From Parasitella parasitica NRRL 2501 (lineage: Eukaryota; Fungi; Mucoromycota), in NCBI GenBank assembly GCA_025201805.1, contig MU619272.1:172292-236291 (forward strand): a DNA stretch of 64,000 bases. The letters run 5' to 3'. The number at the start of each line of letters is the position of its first letter. Positions within the stretch are counted from its first letter, which is position 1. The notes below the pieces were generated by a model that was given only the letters and a program-made list of their open reading frames with translations, was not told the origin of the DNA and ran no database searches. Of this stretch, positions 53,639-64,000 are shown one piece after another. The position numbers were made by a program, and so were the translations under genes.

Positions 53639-54840
53639 ATTGATTCATACAGTATTATTACCCGGTAGTCCAGAGGTTGCAAAATAAAGCAATGCTGATT
53701 TTTACATTTTAAATATTTTTCACTTATCATATTTGCTTGTTGTAGATTTTAGTAATGATGATTAAAAGAAAAAGAAACCTGAGGCAGTTGACTATAAGCG
53801 AATGTTATCAGAGCCGAGGCAGTGGATTGAGTCGCGAATATCATCATTGGTGATTATAAGCCGACAGCAGAACACAAAAACGATCCGTCGGATCGGTTGC
53901 AGTTATTGCGAATTGCGGATAGCAATAAAGCCAAAAGAGTTCTAAACAGCATTCAATAAAATTCAGATGCAGAGAAGTGACAAACAATGAGGAGTAACGA
54001 ACGATTTTAGATCGTTTGGAAATATGATATGATCTGTAAAAAGCCAAGAAGAGAGAAAGAAGAGCACGCATAATTGAGGGTATGAAGAATTGAGACATTC
54101 GAGTGTGAATGCTGAATGTTCAGGGCTTTGTCTTCTGCAGGTATATAACATGGTGTTTATCCGTCCTTATACTGTGCCATGGCTGTAAAGAGCAATAGAA
54201 AAATACTTATGCCTCGTACACTTTAAAGGAATGTCTTTGGATGGGGGTGTTGCCCATGTTCAATCGCAGTTTTACGGTTTCTTTAGCAGAAGTTATGGTC
54301 AAATGTCAGTTATTTCTGAAAATCAAAACTGCTTTTACACGTAACGTTTATAGACACGTCGCCTAAAGGGAAATCAAGGAACGCTCAGATAGCCCTGATC
54401 ATGTCTGTGTTAATGAGCCATGTTTGTACCACATACTTTTAAATTTCATAACATTGTACCGTTGCAGCACATGCGATCTGTTTTAGATGAATGCTTTTTT
54501 CTCATAACATTCATAGGCACTGTAGTTTGAATCATGAAATCTTTGCGTGCAAGCAAGTCTGCCCTCATGGCTTGGTCATCTAAACCGTTTATAATATACA
54601 GTACACTGTTATAACTTTAAGGCATTTATCTCATAATATTTCTGAAAAACTGAAGCGGTAACTCTGGTTTTGTATAAAATGGGAATAGTCCTATCAATGA
54701 TGATGTATATTTCAAGGGGGTACAATTAGCTTGTATAAAAATTGAGAAGATAAGTATAAGATGAATGTGATACACAAGCTCTATATATAATCTCATTTGT
54801 GCCTTCTTATCTCTTGAATTTATTTTTGACGCGATAAAAA

Positions 54841-55803
54841 ATGACTAAAACCAATATTCAAGTATTCACTGATTTCGATGGAACCTTGTCATTAGACGGT
54901 AGTGCGAATGTCAGAATGATGTATGAAAAAAGTAAAACTGAATTGGTCATTAGATACGGGCCTCTTGTTAATTGACGATCACCGGTCAATGGGCCCTGAA
55001 CGTAGGAGAATTTTAGAACATAAGATTCTGGATGGCACCAAAACTTATAGGTAAGGATATAAAGCATTTGCAAGAACGACAACGAGATCATTGAAAAGGT
55101 CTCCAGAGATGCTGTCCAAGAAATGTGGGATTCTGTTCATATTAGTTGGGATGAAGCATGGGCTGAATACCTTGACAGTAAGTAATGATACAAAAGATAT
55201 TCAAAAACGACACATATGTCAACCTATAATGGACGTAGAGTGCACCATTGACCCTGGGTTTCCTTCCTTTAATGACTATTGCCGTGAGAACAACTTTCCT
55301 GTAACCATCATCAGCAGCGGATTGCATCCTTTGTTGTCCAAGATTATGACTAATTTCCTTGGCGACAAGGCCAAGGACATTGCAATTGTATCCAACGATG
55401 GCGAGGTAGATGGCAGAAACTGGAAGATTATCTGGAGAGATGATAGCATCTATGGCAACGACAAGTCCAAAAGTATGTTTTTTTTCCCTCAAAAAGAGAG
55501 AGAGGTTGTGTCTAAATTTTAGCGATTATAGCTTTGACCAAAGCCCGTGAATTGGCTGACAAAGACACAATTTTCGTATTTTGTGGAGATGGTGTCTCTG
55601 ACATATCTGCTGCCCAACATGCCGACGTTTTGTTTGCTCGTAGAGCCAGAGATTTGGAGTTTTACTGCAAGAGAGAAAACATTCCTTATATTCCATTTGA
55701 TTCTTTTGCAGAGGTGGAATCTGTTGTTAGAAAGTTGGTTAATGGGGAGGCCAAAATCGAGAAATCCTCTTGTGGGTTCTGCGAGATCATTTTTAATAAT
55801 TAG
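54841..55803 (+). CDS. HAD-superfamily phosphatase, MtnX/DKMTPPase-SF type (yeast Pyp1/YNL010W-like), spliced
   Basis: VFTDFDGT, IDPGF..F, IISSG, IVSN, GNDKS, FCGDGVSDISAA.HADVLFAR. Confidence 0.88.
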
Positions 55804-55884
55804 ACACCCGAAGCATTTGATTTTTTTTTTCCAATAAAGCATCTATTGACTAAAGGGCTTTTAATCCCTCCCTTTTTGTATAAC

Positions 55885-56586
55885 ATGGTAAATATATATA
55901 TAATAGAGCGGGTAGAGGAAAGATATACATGAAAATCAAGTCTGGATTGGGAGAATAATGATGGATGACGAGAGATCATAAATGGATGAATGGATGGATG
56001 ATTAGCTTGTTAGATGGATATTTAAAAATCAGATTGACAGCATAATTACACTCATGATACTTTCCTCTACTGCTGCTTTTGTAAGCTTCAATGTGGTCTA
56101 ATTTCCTTCTTTATTGATTCCTAGTCGCTTGTAGTCCCTGAGAGGAATCATTTCCAGCACATTATCCGTCTTCTCAACACCAACGTCGATGGTCGTGTCA
56201 AGATTCAAATTGCTTTGACTTCTGTCAAGGGTGTTGGTCGTCGCTTCGCCAACATTGCCTGTAAGAAGGCTGACATTGATTTGACCAAGAGAGCTGGCGA
56301 GCTTTCCTCTGAAGAATTAGAACGTATTGTCACTATTCTCCAAAACCCTGCTCAATACAAGATCCCTACCTGGTTTCTCAATAGACAAAAGGATATTGTT
56401 GATGGCAAGTCCTCTCAAGTCATTTCCAACGTTCTGGACACCAAGTTCCGTGATGATCTTGAACGTTTGAAAAAGATCCGCAATCATCGTGGTCTCCGCC
56501 ACTACTGGGGTATCCGTGTTCGTGGTCAACACACCAAGACCACCGGTCGTCGTGGACGTACTGTTGGCGTCTCCAAGAAGAAGTAA
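55885..56586 (+). CDS. RPS18: 40S ribosomal protein S18 (uS13); ATG-only first coding exon, intron 55888-56124
   Basis: M|[23 protein letters not shown]...KGVGRRFA...[33 protein letters not shown]. Confidence 0.97.
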
Positions 56587-57104
56587 ACAAACTGTATGTA
56601 TTCAGTAAATTGTCGATCTGGTGCTATGTTTCTAACTGACCCATGATTATCGTAGTGTGTATGGATATAGCAATACACAGATTTTAGATTAAACATTTTG
56701 ATCCAACACTTTTTTAACGTTTTTATTTGGGAGCAAGAGAGGTTGTCATTCATTGAACTTTTGTGTTTTGTGATTTGACGACAATGATGGATGTTATAGG
56801 TTGAGGGGTGGCGATTGCAATTAAAGACTCGATATTTATGTTGCAATGATTTATTATTATTGCCAAATGGCTTTTATCTGAATTTACAAGATAATTTAAA
56901 TTTACACGAGATACATTTATGAAGATTAGAGCGTTTGCAAGTTCGTACGTTGCTAGGGCGACGATTTAAACGGAGAGTGCAGTCAGCTATTAAGATCAAA
57001 GTTACTTTGATACAATACAAACCTGCATTTTCATCTTGGTGAAAGGAAGGCAAAAATTCCACTATACACCACTCGAAATGGCATTAGGTTTGTTTTGGTT
57101 TTTT

Positions 57105-57162
57105 GATTTTGATTTTGATTTTGATTTTGATTTTGATTTTTTTTTTTTTTTTNNNNNNNNNN
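57105..57162. repeat. (GATTTT)n microsatellite running into poly-T and an N gap (57153-57162)
   Basis: Direct reading. Confidence 0.9.
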
Positions 57163-57730
57163 TTTTATTCTTTCGCCTTACGAGCACCATTGAAATTTCC
57201 AAGTTGAGAAGAAACTAAACAGGCCTGCTTTTTTACATGTACACTATGCCGTAGTTCTCAGAATTGATAGTATCTGCTCTAATCAAGTGCATGATTAGGC
57301 TTAGAGCAATAAATGTACTTTGGTGATCTGTATCACAGTTGGAAGGTCTGATGAGTCCAAGTTGTATACACTAATGTGCTCATCACCTTTCATCTATTGG
57401 CATCAATTGCCAGCATCCTAATGGCATCCACCCCAATAACCCGGTCACTTTTTTTTCTACTTCTTCCTGCTTGTTTTGCCAACCTCGCGTGAATCTGCTG
57501 CAAACAATCTTCTACCGAGTACACACATTTCACTTTCTGTCATTATTCGCAGTTTTGATAAGCAAACTAAACTAGCAATAACAGGACTAGACATTGAATA
57601 GAATAGACGCATCGTTTCAGTTTTACACATTCTCAGCCCTGTTTGCACCGCTCATTCCACTTCCACCTTTCATTTGCACTTGTCATCGTTTCTTCTTTCG
57701 CCCACAAGACGAGGAAGACCCACCAAACAC

Positions 57731-58252
57731 ATGAGTGAACGCAGCTACCACAAAACTAGGGATAAATCCATTGGAAAAAGCCAAGAGAGGAAGAGCATTT
57801 CCGAAAAGCGAAGCCGAGATGATCACTACAATGGAGGCGATAATAGCAATAGCAACAGCAATGACCGCCACCATTATCACCATCAAGGCAGTAGCGGAAG
57901 CAGCCATCGAGAGAAACGGAGAAATTACGGAGATGATCGCTCGAATAGTCGATATGAGAGAGGAAGCAGTAGTCGTCATAGAGATAAAAGCCGTGATAGA
58001 TGGTCTTCGTCATATACAAGGTCGAGTAAGGATAGAAGTTCTAAACCTAACAGTAGCAATGGGAGCAGTAGCAGCAATCGAAAGTATCATCGACGTGATC
58101 CTGAAAAACCTGCCGAGGATGTAGCATTACCATTAGGACCTAAAGCTGGTATGATGAAAATGACATCTAACAATGATCAACCACCTACTGCTCCAGCAGC
58201 TTATTATCAGCATCATCAACCACAGACACAAACACAAGCGCAGCCACCCCAT

Positions 58253-58350
<98 letters not shown>

Positions 58351-58358
58351 ACAACAGC

Positions 58359-58443
<85 letters not shown>

Positions 58444-58998
58444 GCAACAACAACAACAGCAACAGCAAAATCAATATACTCAATATCATGCTGTTCATTT
58501 AGATCCACAGCAGCAACAGGCAGCAGAGTCTGTCGCATGGAGTAATTATTATGGTTGGACAGTGCAAGATTACAACAATGCTTATTCTACAAATTATACA
58601 GCCGAGCAATATCAACAATACATTCAGCACTATTATCAATCACAAGATCCCAATAGCTATTATGGATATTACGATGCATCGTATTATCATCAGCAGCAAT
58701 CTCAAGAGATACCCCAACAGCAGCAACAGCAGCAACAGCAGCAACATCAGCAACAACAGCAAGAAGCAACTTTGCATCCACCAGCCAATACCAGGAGCAT
58801 TAATTTAAATGTACCATCGCTATCCGTACAAATCGAAAATATAGACCAGATGGGCAACATTCCCGAGAATGAATTGAACGAGGTGGGCTATCCTTGTCAG
58901 ACCTCAGAGGATCCTTCGACGTTGTTTGAAAAGATTGGTCAAGTTGGCGAAGGAACATACGGGTAAGTTAAATGCCAGGCTCTTTGGAAGATAAAGCC

Positions 58999-59029
<31 letters not shown>

Positions 59030-60332
59030 GTATTCATCATATTTGTTTCATCTCATAGTAAGGTTTACAAGGCTCGTAATGGAAAAACGGGCAAATTGAT
59101 GGCATTGAAACGTATTCGAATGAAGACAGAAAAGGACGGGGTAGGTTATGGATAGAATATATTTAATTCGAAAGCCAAATCTCACGCTGCATATATCAGT
59201 TCCCGATCACAGCCATGAGAGAAATCAAATTACTGCAGAAACTTAAACACGAACGAATTGTTGAATTGCAAGAAATCATGGTGGCAAAGGGGTCTGTATA
59301 TATGGTACTGGAATACATGGACCACGATTTATCGGGTATCTTGGGACATCCCAATTTCAATTTTGAACCAGCTCATGCCAAATCACTGGTCAAACAAATG
59401 CTAGAGGGATTAGCTTATTTACACCATATGGGCATCTTGCACAGAGACATCAAAGGTATTATCCAGTGATAATCCATCACACTAGTATAATATAATCTAA
59501 TCGATGTATTATCTCAGGCTCCAATCTGTTGATTAATAACAGGGGCGAATTGAAGATAGCTGATTTTGGACTGGCCAGAGTATTTGAAAAAAATAGAGCC
59601 CATGATTATACCAATCGGGTGATTACGCTTTGGTACAGACCGCCAGAGTTGTTGCTTGGTGCTACCGCTTATGGACCCGCTGTAGATATTTGGAGCGTAG
59701 GATGTATTATGCTAGAGTTTTTTACTGGCAAAGCTGTGTTCAATGGACAAGACGAAGTGAGTCAGTTGGATAGTATTTATAAAATTATGGGAACACCTTC
59801 AGCGGAAACATGGCCAAAAGCAAAAGAATTGCCTTGGTTTGAAATGGTGCGTCCTGCCGAAAGCTATGTATCTAAATTCAGAGAATCATATCAATCGTAA
59901 GTTGTTGGATTGACACAAAGAATTCACGCAATGTGTATTAAAATTTGTTTGTAGCTTATTATCGCCTGGTGCATTAGAATTATCGGAAGCATTATTATCA
60001 ATGGATCCATTAAATAGACCAACAGCGGCACAGGCATTACAGTTTGGTTATTTTAAAAATGAATTGCCAGTGCCCATCATGCCCGCCAAGTTAGTTTTTA
60101 CTTGATCTTTTATTGAAAGAGGAATACTAAGAATACTAACTTCTTTATGTCTAGCCTCTTGAACATCACTGGCGACTGGCATGAATTTGAATCCAAACAA
60201 CGTAAACGACAAAAAGCGGCACCTCCACCTCCACCACCATCTGCTAATAAATCGAGCCAAAATACAAATGATAACAACAATAGAACAAAAGCAACACCTT
60301 CATCTGCATCATCGTCCACCCGCCCACATTAA
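57731..60332 (+). CDS. CTK1: RNA Pol II CTD kinase Ctk1/CDK12-like, with RS-rich and polyQ/Y-rich N-terminus (multi-exon)
   Basis: GEGTYG-KVYKA, GFPITAMREIKLL, HRDIKGSN, DFGLAR, YTNRVITLWYRPPELLLG, GDWHEFESK. Confidence 0.88.
58253..58468 (+). repeat. Coding (CAGCAA)16 plus mostly (CAA)n repeat = 72 consecutive Gln
   Basis: 216 nt counted directly. Confidence 0.95.
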
Positions 60333-60839
60333 ATGAATGAGGATATTCTTGTTCCTTCAGTGGGTGTAAATTATAATTACATGTACATCTCAATTAATGC
60401 AACTAATTACGCTTTTCGACAGATCATTTTTGAATAAAAAAAAATATAGCATATGCTGAATTTACGTTGTATACTGTAATATAAAGCTTTATAAAATTGC
60501 GCAGTTACAGAATTGCAAGTACAGCTCAACAATAATTATGCAGTTCTAGTGTATTGATACAAGCTCATGTCTCTGCACGCTACGAGAAATGTAATATTGA
60601 TTAGGTAAATTATCTTGCTCAACTTGAATAATGCTGATTTCTTTCTAACAGATGGTAACCAAATCTCCGCAAACTTCTTAAAGAGGTAATAGATATAAGA
60701 TCATCTTTTGTCCCTTCATTTTCGATGCAAAATTAAAAAAAATACTATCTTTCAACATCTTTTCTTCTCTTTAAAAACAACCTTCCCTCCCCCCCCCCTC
60801 TCTCTCTCTTCCTCTGCTTCTTTTTAAAGGTTTTAAAAA

Positions 60840-63436
60840 ATGATAACTGCTTATTTGAGTCAAGAGGCTCGTAGGGTAAATTCATTGGCATGATTTTAAA
60901 GTTATCCGTTAAATTTAAAGCTCTTCCATGTAGGCAACTCGACGTGCTTTCCGCAGAATTACAGCCCGTTCATTGGCAACTCAACATAACCCTGTTGTTG
61001 AGAAGGATTGCTCTTCCATCACACCTCCTTATGCCAAGTTGACCAAAAATCTTGGTGTCGTTAAGCGTATTTTGGATAATCGACCACTTACATTGGCTGA
61101 GAAGATTGTCTACTCTCATTTGACCAACCCAGAAGAAACTATCCCCGTAAGAGGCGAGACATATTTAAAGTTATCACCCGGTAAGTTGGCTTTATTGGTG
61201 GATTGAAATCCGTTTTGAACATGTTGATTAGATCGTGTTGCCATGCAAGACGCTTCTGCTCAAATGGCTCTCCTTCAATTCATGCTCTCTGGTATGCCCA
61301 CTACTGCTGTCCCTAGTAGTATTCATTGTGATCACCTGATCGCTGCCAATGAAGGTGCTGACAAGGATGTCGCTCAATCCATCATTGCAAATAAGGAAAT
61401 TTTTGATTTTTTGGAAAGTGGTGCTAAAAAGTACGGTATCGCTTTCTGGAAACCCGGAAGTGGCATTATTCATCAAATTGTTTTGGAAAATTATGCTGCT
61501 CCTGGTGGTCTGATGCTTGGCACAGATAGTCATACTCCAAATGCAGGTAAGTTGGTATTTGGTTACAAAGAAAGAGTTGATGGTTGACTGCTGGGGTGTT
61601 ATCTATTTAAGGTGGTTTGGGCATTGTTGCCATTGGTGTCGGTGGTGCTGATGCAGTTGATGCTATGGCCAATATCCCTTGGGAACTGAAAGCCCCTAAC
61701 GTCATTGGTGTCAAGTTAACTGGTCAATTGAGTCCTTGGGCTAGCCCTAAAGATGTCATTTTGAAAATGGCTGGGCTTCTGACTGTTCGCGGCGGTACTG
61801 GTCATATCATTGAATACTTTGGTGAAGGTGTCAAGACCTTGTCCTGCACCGGCATGGCTACCATGTGTAATATGGGTGCTGAAGTCGGTGCCACCACTTC
61901 ACTTTTCCCTTACACTGATAGCATGCGTGCTTATTTGAACGCTACTGGTCGCCATGCTGTAGGCCAAGCTGCCGATGCTAATCTTGAATTCTTGCGTGCT
62001 GATTCTGGTGCTCATTACGATAAGATTATCGAGATAAATCTCTCTGAAATTGAGCCTCATATCAATGGCCCTTTTACTCCTGATTTGAGCACACCGTTAA
62101 GTAAATTCAAGGACTTTATTGCAGAAAATGGCTGGAAGGATGATTTGACGTCTTCCTTAATCGGTAGTTGTACAAACTCATCTTATCAAGATATGTCTCG
62201 TGCTGCTTCCATTGCTAAACAAGCTTCCGATGCTGGCGTTGAGATCAAATCTCAGTTTTTGGTAACCCCAGGTTCTGAGCAGATTCGTGCTACCATTGAA
62301 CGTGACGGACAACAGCAAGTGTTTGAGAATGTTGGTGGTCAAGTTTTGGCTAATGCATGCGGTCCCTGTATCGGTCAGGTAACTATATACGTTGTAGTAT
62401 GTAGTATATCTCTTATAAAACTAACAAAATATCTTTTTAGTGGAAGCGTTCGGAAAAGAAGGGGGAGGAGAATGCTATCTTGACTTCTTTCAACCGTAAT
62501 TTCCGTAGCCGTAATGATGGCAATGCTCAAACCATGAATTTCCTTGCTGCTCCCGAGATTGTTACTGCAATGGCATTCTCTGGTAAACTGTCATTCAACC
62601 CCATGACTGATGTTTTGAAGGACAAGAACGGCAACCATTTCAAGTTTCAGCCTCCAACTGGCGATGACCTTCCTAGTAATGGATTTGAAGCTGGTCGCGC
62701 AACCTACGAACCTCCTTCTCCCACTCCCACTCCTGATGCCTCTGTTCAAATTACCATTGACCCTAAATCATCACGTCTTCAGGAATTAGAAGCGTTTAAG
62801 CCTTGGAACGGTGAAGAATTCAAAGATATCCGTGTTCTGGTCAAGGTAAAGGGAAAATGTACCACAGATCATATTTCTGCTGCTGGTCCTTGGTTAAAAT
62901 ATAAGGGTCATTTACAAAACATTGCTGAAAATACCTTGATTGGGGCCCAAAATGCTGACAACGGCAAGGTTAACTTAGTCACTAATGTCATCAACAAGAC
63001 GGAAGGCACTATACCTGAAGTTGCAAAGTCTTACAAGAGTCAAAACATTGAATGGACAGTCATCGCCGATCACAACTACGGTGAAGGCTCTGCTCGTGAA
63101 CACGCTGCTCTTCAAGTGCGTTATTTGGGCAGCCCCATGATTATCTCTCGATCATTCGCTCGTATTCACGAAACTAATTTGAAGAAGCAAGGTGTCTTGC
63201 CTTTGACTTTCAAAAATGATGCTGATTATGAAAAGATTAATGGTGGCGATGTAATTGAGACGGAAGGACTAAAGGCTTTGGCTCCTGGTTCTCCTGTCAA
63301 ATTGATTGTAACAAAACCCGATGGTTCAAAGATTTTAATTGATGCTGTTCATACTTTGAGTGCAGATCAATTGCAATGGATTCGTGAAGGCTCTGCACTG
63401 AATCTTATTAAAAAGAATGTTGGATCATCCTACTAG
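60840..63436 (+). CDS. ACO2: Mitochondrial aconitase-family protein, Aco2/homocitrate dehydratase-like (multi-exon)
   Basis: Arg-rich presequence, [85 protein letters not shown]. Confidence 0.9.
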
Positions 63437-63585
63437 TCAAGAAAAGAAAAGAAAAAAAAAAAGACTATATGCAATGGTATAAATGTATATTAGACATACA
63501 CAATCTCATAAATTATGAATTCAAAATAGTACTAAATGGATTCCATTTTTATATTTAATAAAAGTAAAAGAGAAGAAAAACGCTT

Positions 63586-64000
63586 TTAATATGTAAGCAA
63601 AATCAAAAGCGTAATTTTTTGCGATTATTTTATACTGTATTTTGAGGACAATTCCGCCGATTAAATTGTTTGTCGTACCTATAACAATCTCAGTTGCCTC
63701 CGCTTCGGCTTCCAATGTGGTAAATGCTCTCAGAGCCACGCTTTATTTTTCATATATATAGTAATAATAAATTTGAATCCCTTTCTTCCCTATATCTTTC
63801 AAAGCCGCGCATCGTGGAACAAACTATGAGTGATATCAATGATGATCAAACAACAAAATACCTTACTACTACCGAGGCATTTGAATTATTTAAGCGCCTC
63901 CAACTGGAAGAGCGACAACAAAGAGAAGAAAGGGTACATGGCTCAGAATTGCCATTGGACATATCACAATATCTTGATAGCACGCCAGCATATGAACTCA
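63586..64000 (+). mobile_element. Probable 5' end and gag-like ORF start (ATG 63826, runs off the window) of a DIRS-type retroelement
   Basis: MSDINDDQTTKYLTTTEAFELFKRLQLEERQQREERVHGSELPLDISQYLDSTPAYEL resembles, from recall, ORF1 of Mucorales tyrosine-recombinase retroelements; own TATA at ~63753. Confidence 0.4.

Noticed and set aside
57268-57290. TAGTATCTGCTCTAATCAAG similar to U2 snRNA
   Set aside because: The GATCAAGTG-TAGTA order is not preserved and there is no stem I or Sm site, so it is not a U2 gene
57345-57360. CTGATGAGTCC resembling a hammerhead ribozyme core
   Set aside because: No closing stem II (GGAC) and no GAAA downstream
58133-58538. Poly-Leu, poly-Val and poly-Asn ORFs
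   Set aside because: Alternative frames of the polyQ repeat

Overview
AT-rich, gene-dense eukaryotic DNA with many short (~50-80 nt) GT-AG introns. Gene content and repeat style point to a Mucorales fungus (inference). It holds about 23 conventional genes: PRP5, EFM7/NNT1, a HAD 'Swiss-Army-knife' protein, a GSK3 kinase, SEC12, a REX3-like exonuclease, ATG11, RFC3, a GATA factor, Rab11, CWC27, a UBL/BAG6-like protein, an LRR-like protein, an ACAD10/11-type kinase ending in SKL, CGI121, a C2H2 factor, an SDS3-like protein, a HAD phosphatase, RPS18, CTK1 with a 72-Gln tract, ACO2 and a few hypotheticals. Decayed mobile elements lie between them (Tc1/mariner, LINE, a Fanzor/TnpB relic, the probable start of a DIRS-like element). 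The best signals not explained by the ORF track are: (1) a spliced 26-aa CCHC zinc-knuckle microprotein gene at 47655-47795(-); (2) a textbook U12-type AT-AC intron at 52881-52959 in the SDS3-like gene; (3) a degraded Fanzor1 (eukaryotic TnpB/OMEGA) locus at ~49.5-50.65 kb(-); (4) a 73-aa microprotein that is mostly a PP1-docking module at 12542-12763(-); (5) a long hairpin inside the RPS18 intron. Exon boundaries were read by eye, family calls come from recalled motifs, and no database searches were run.
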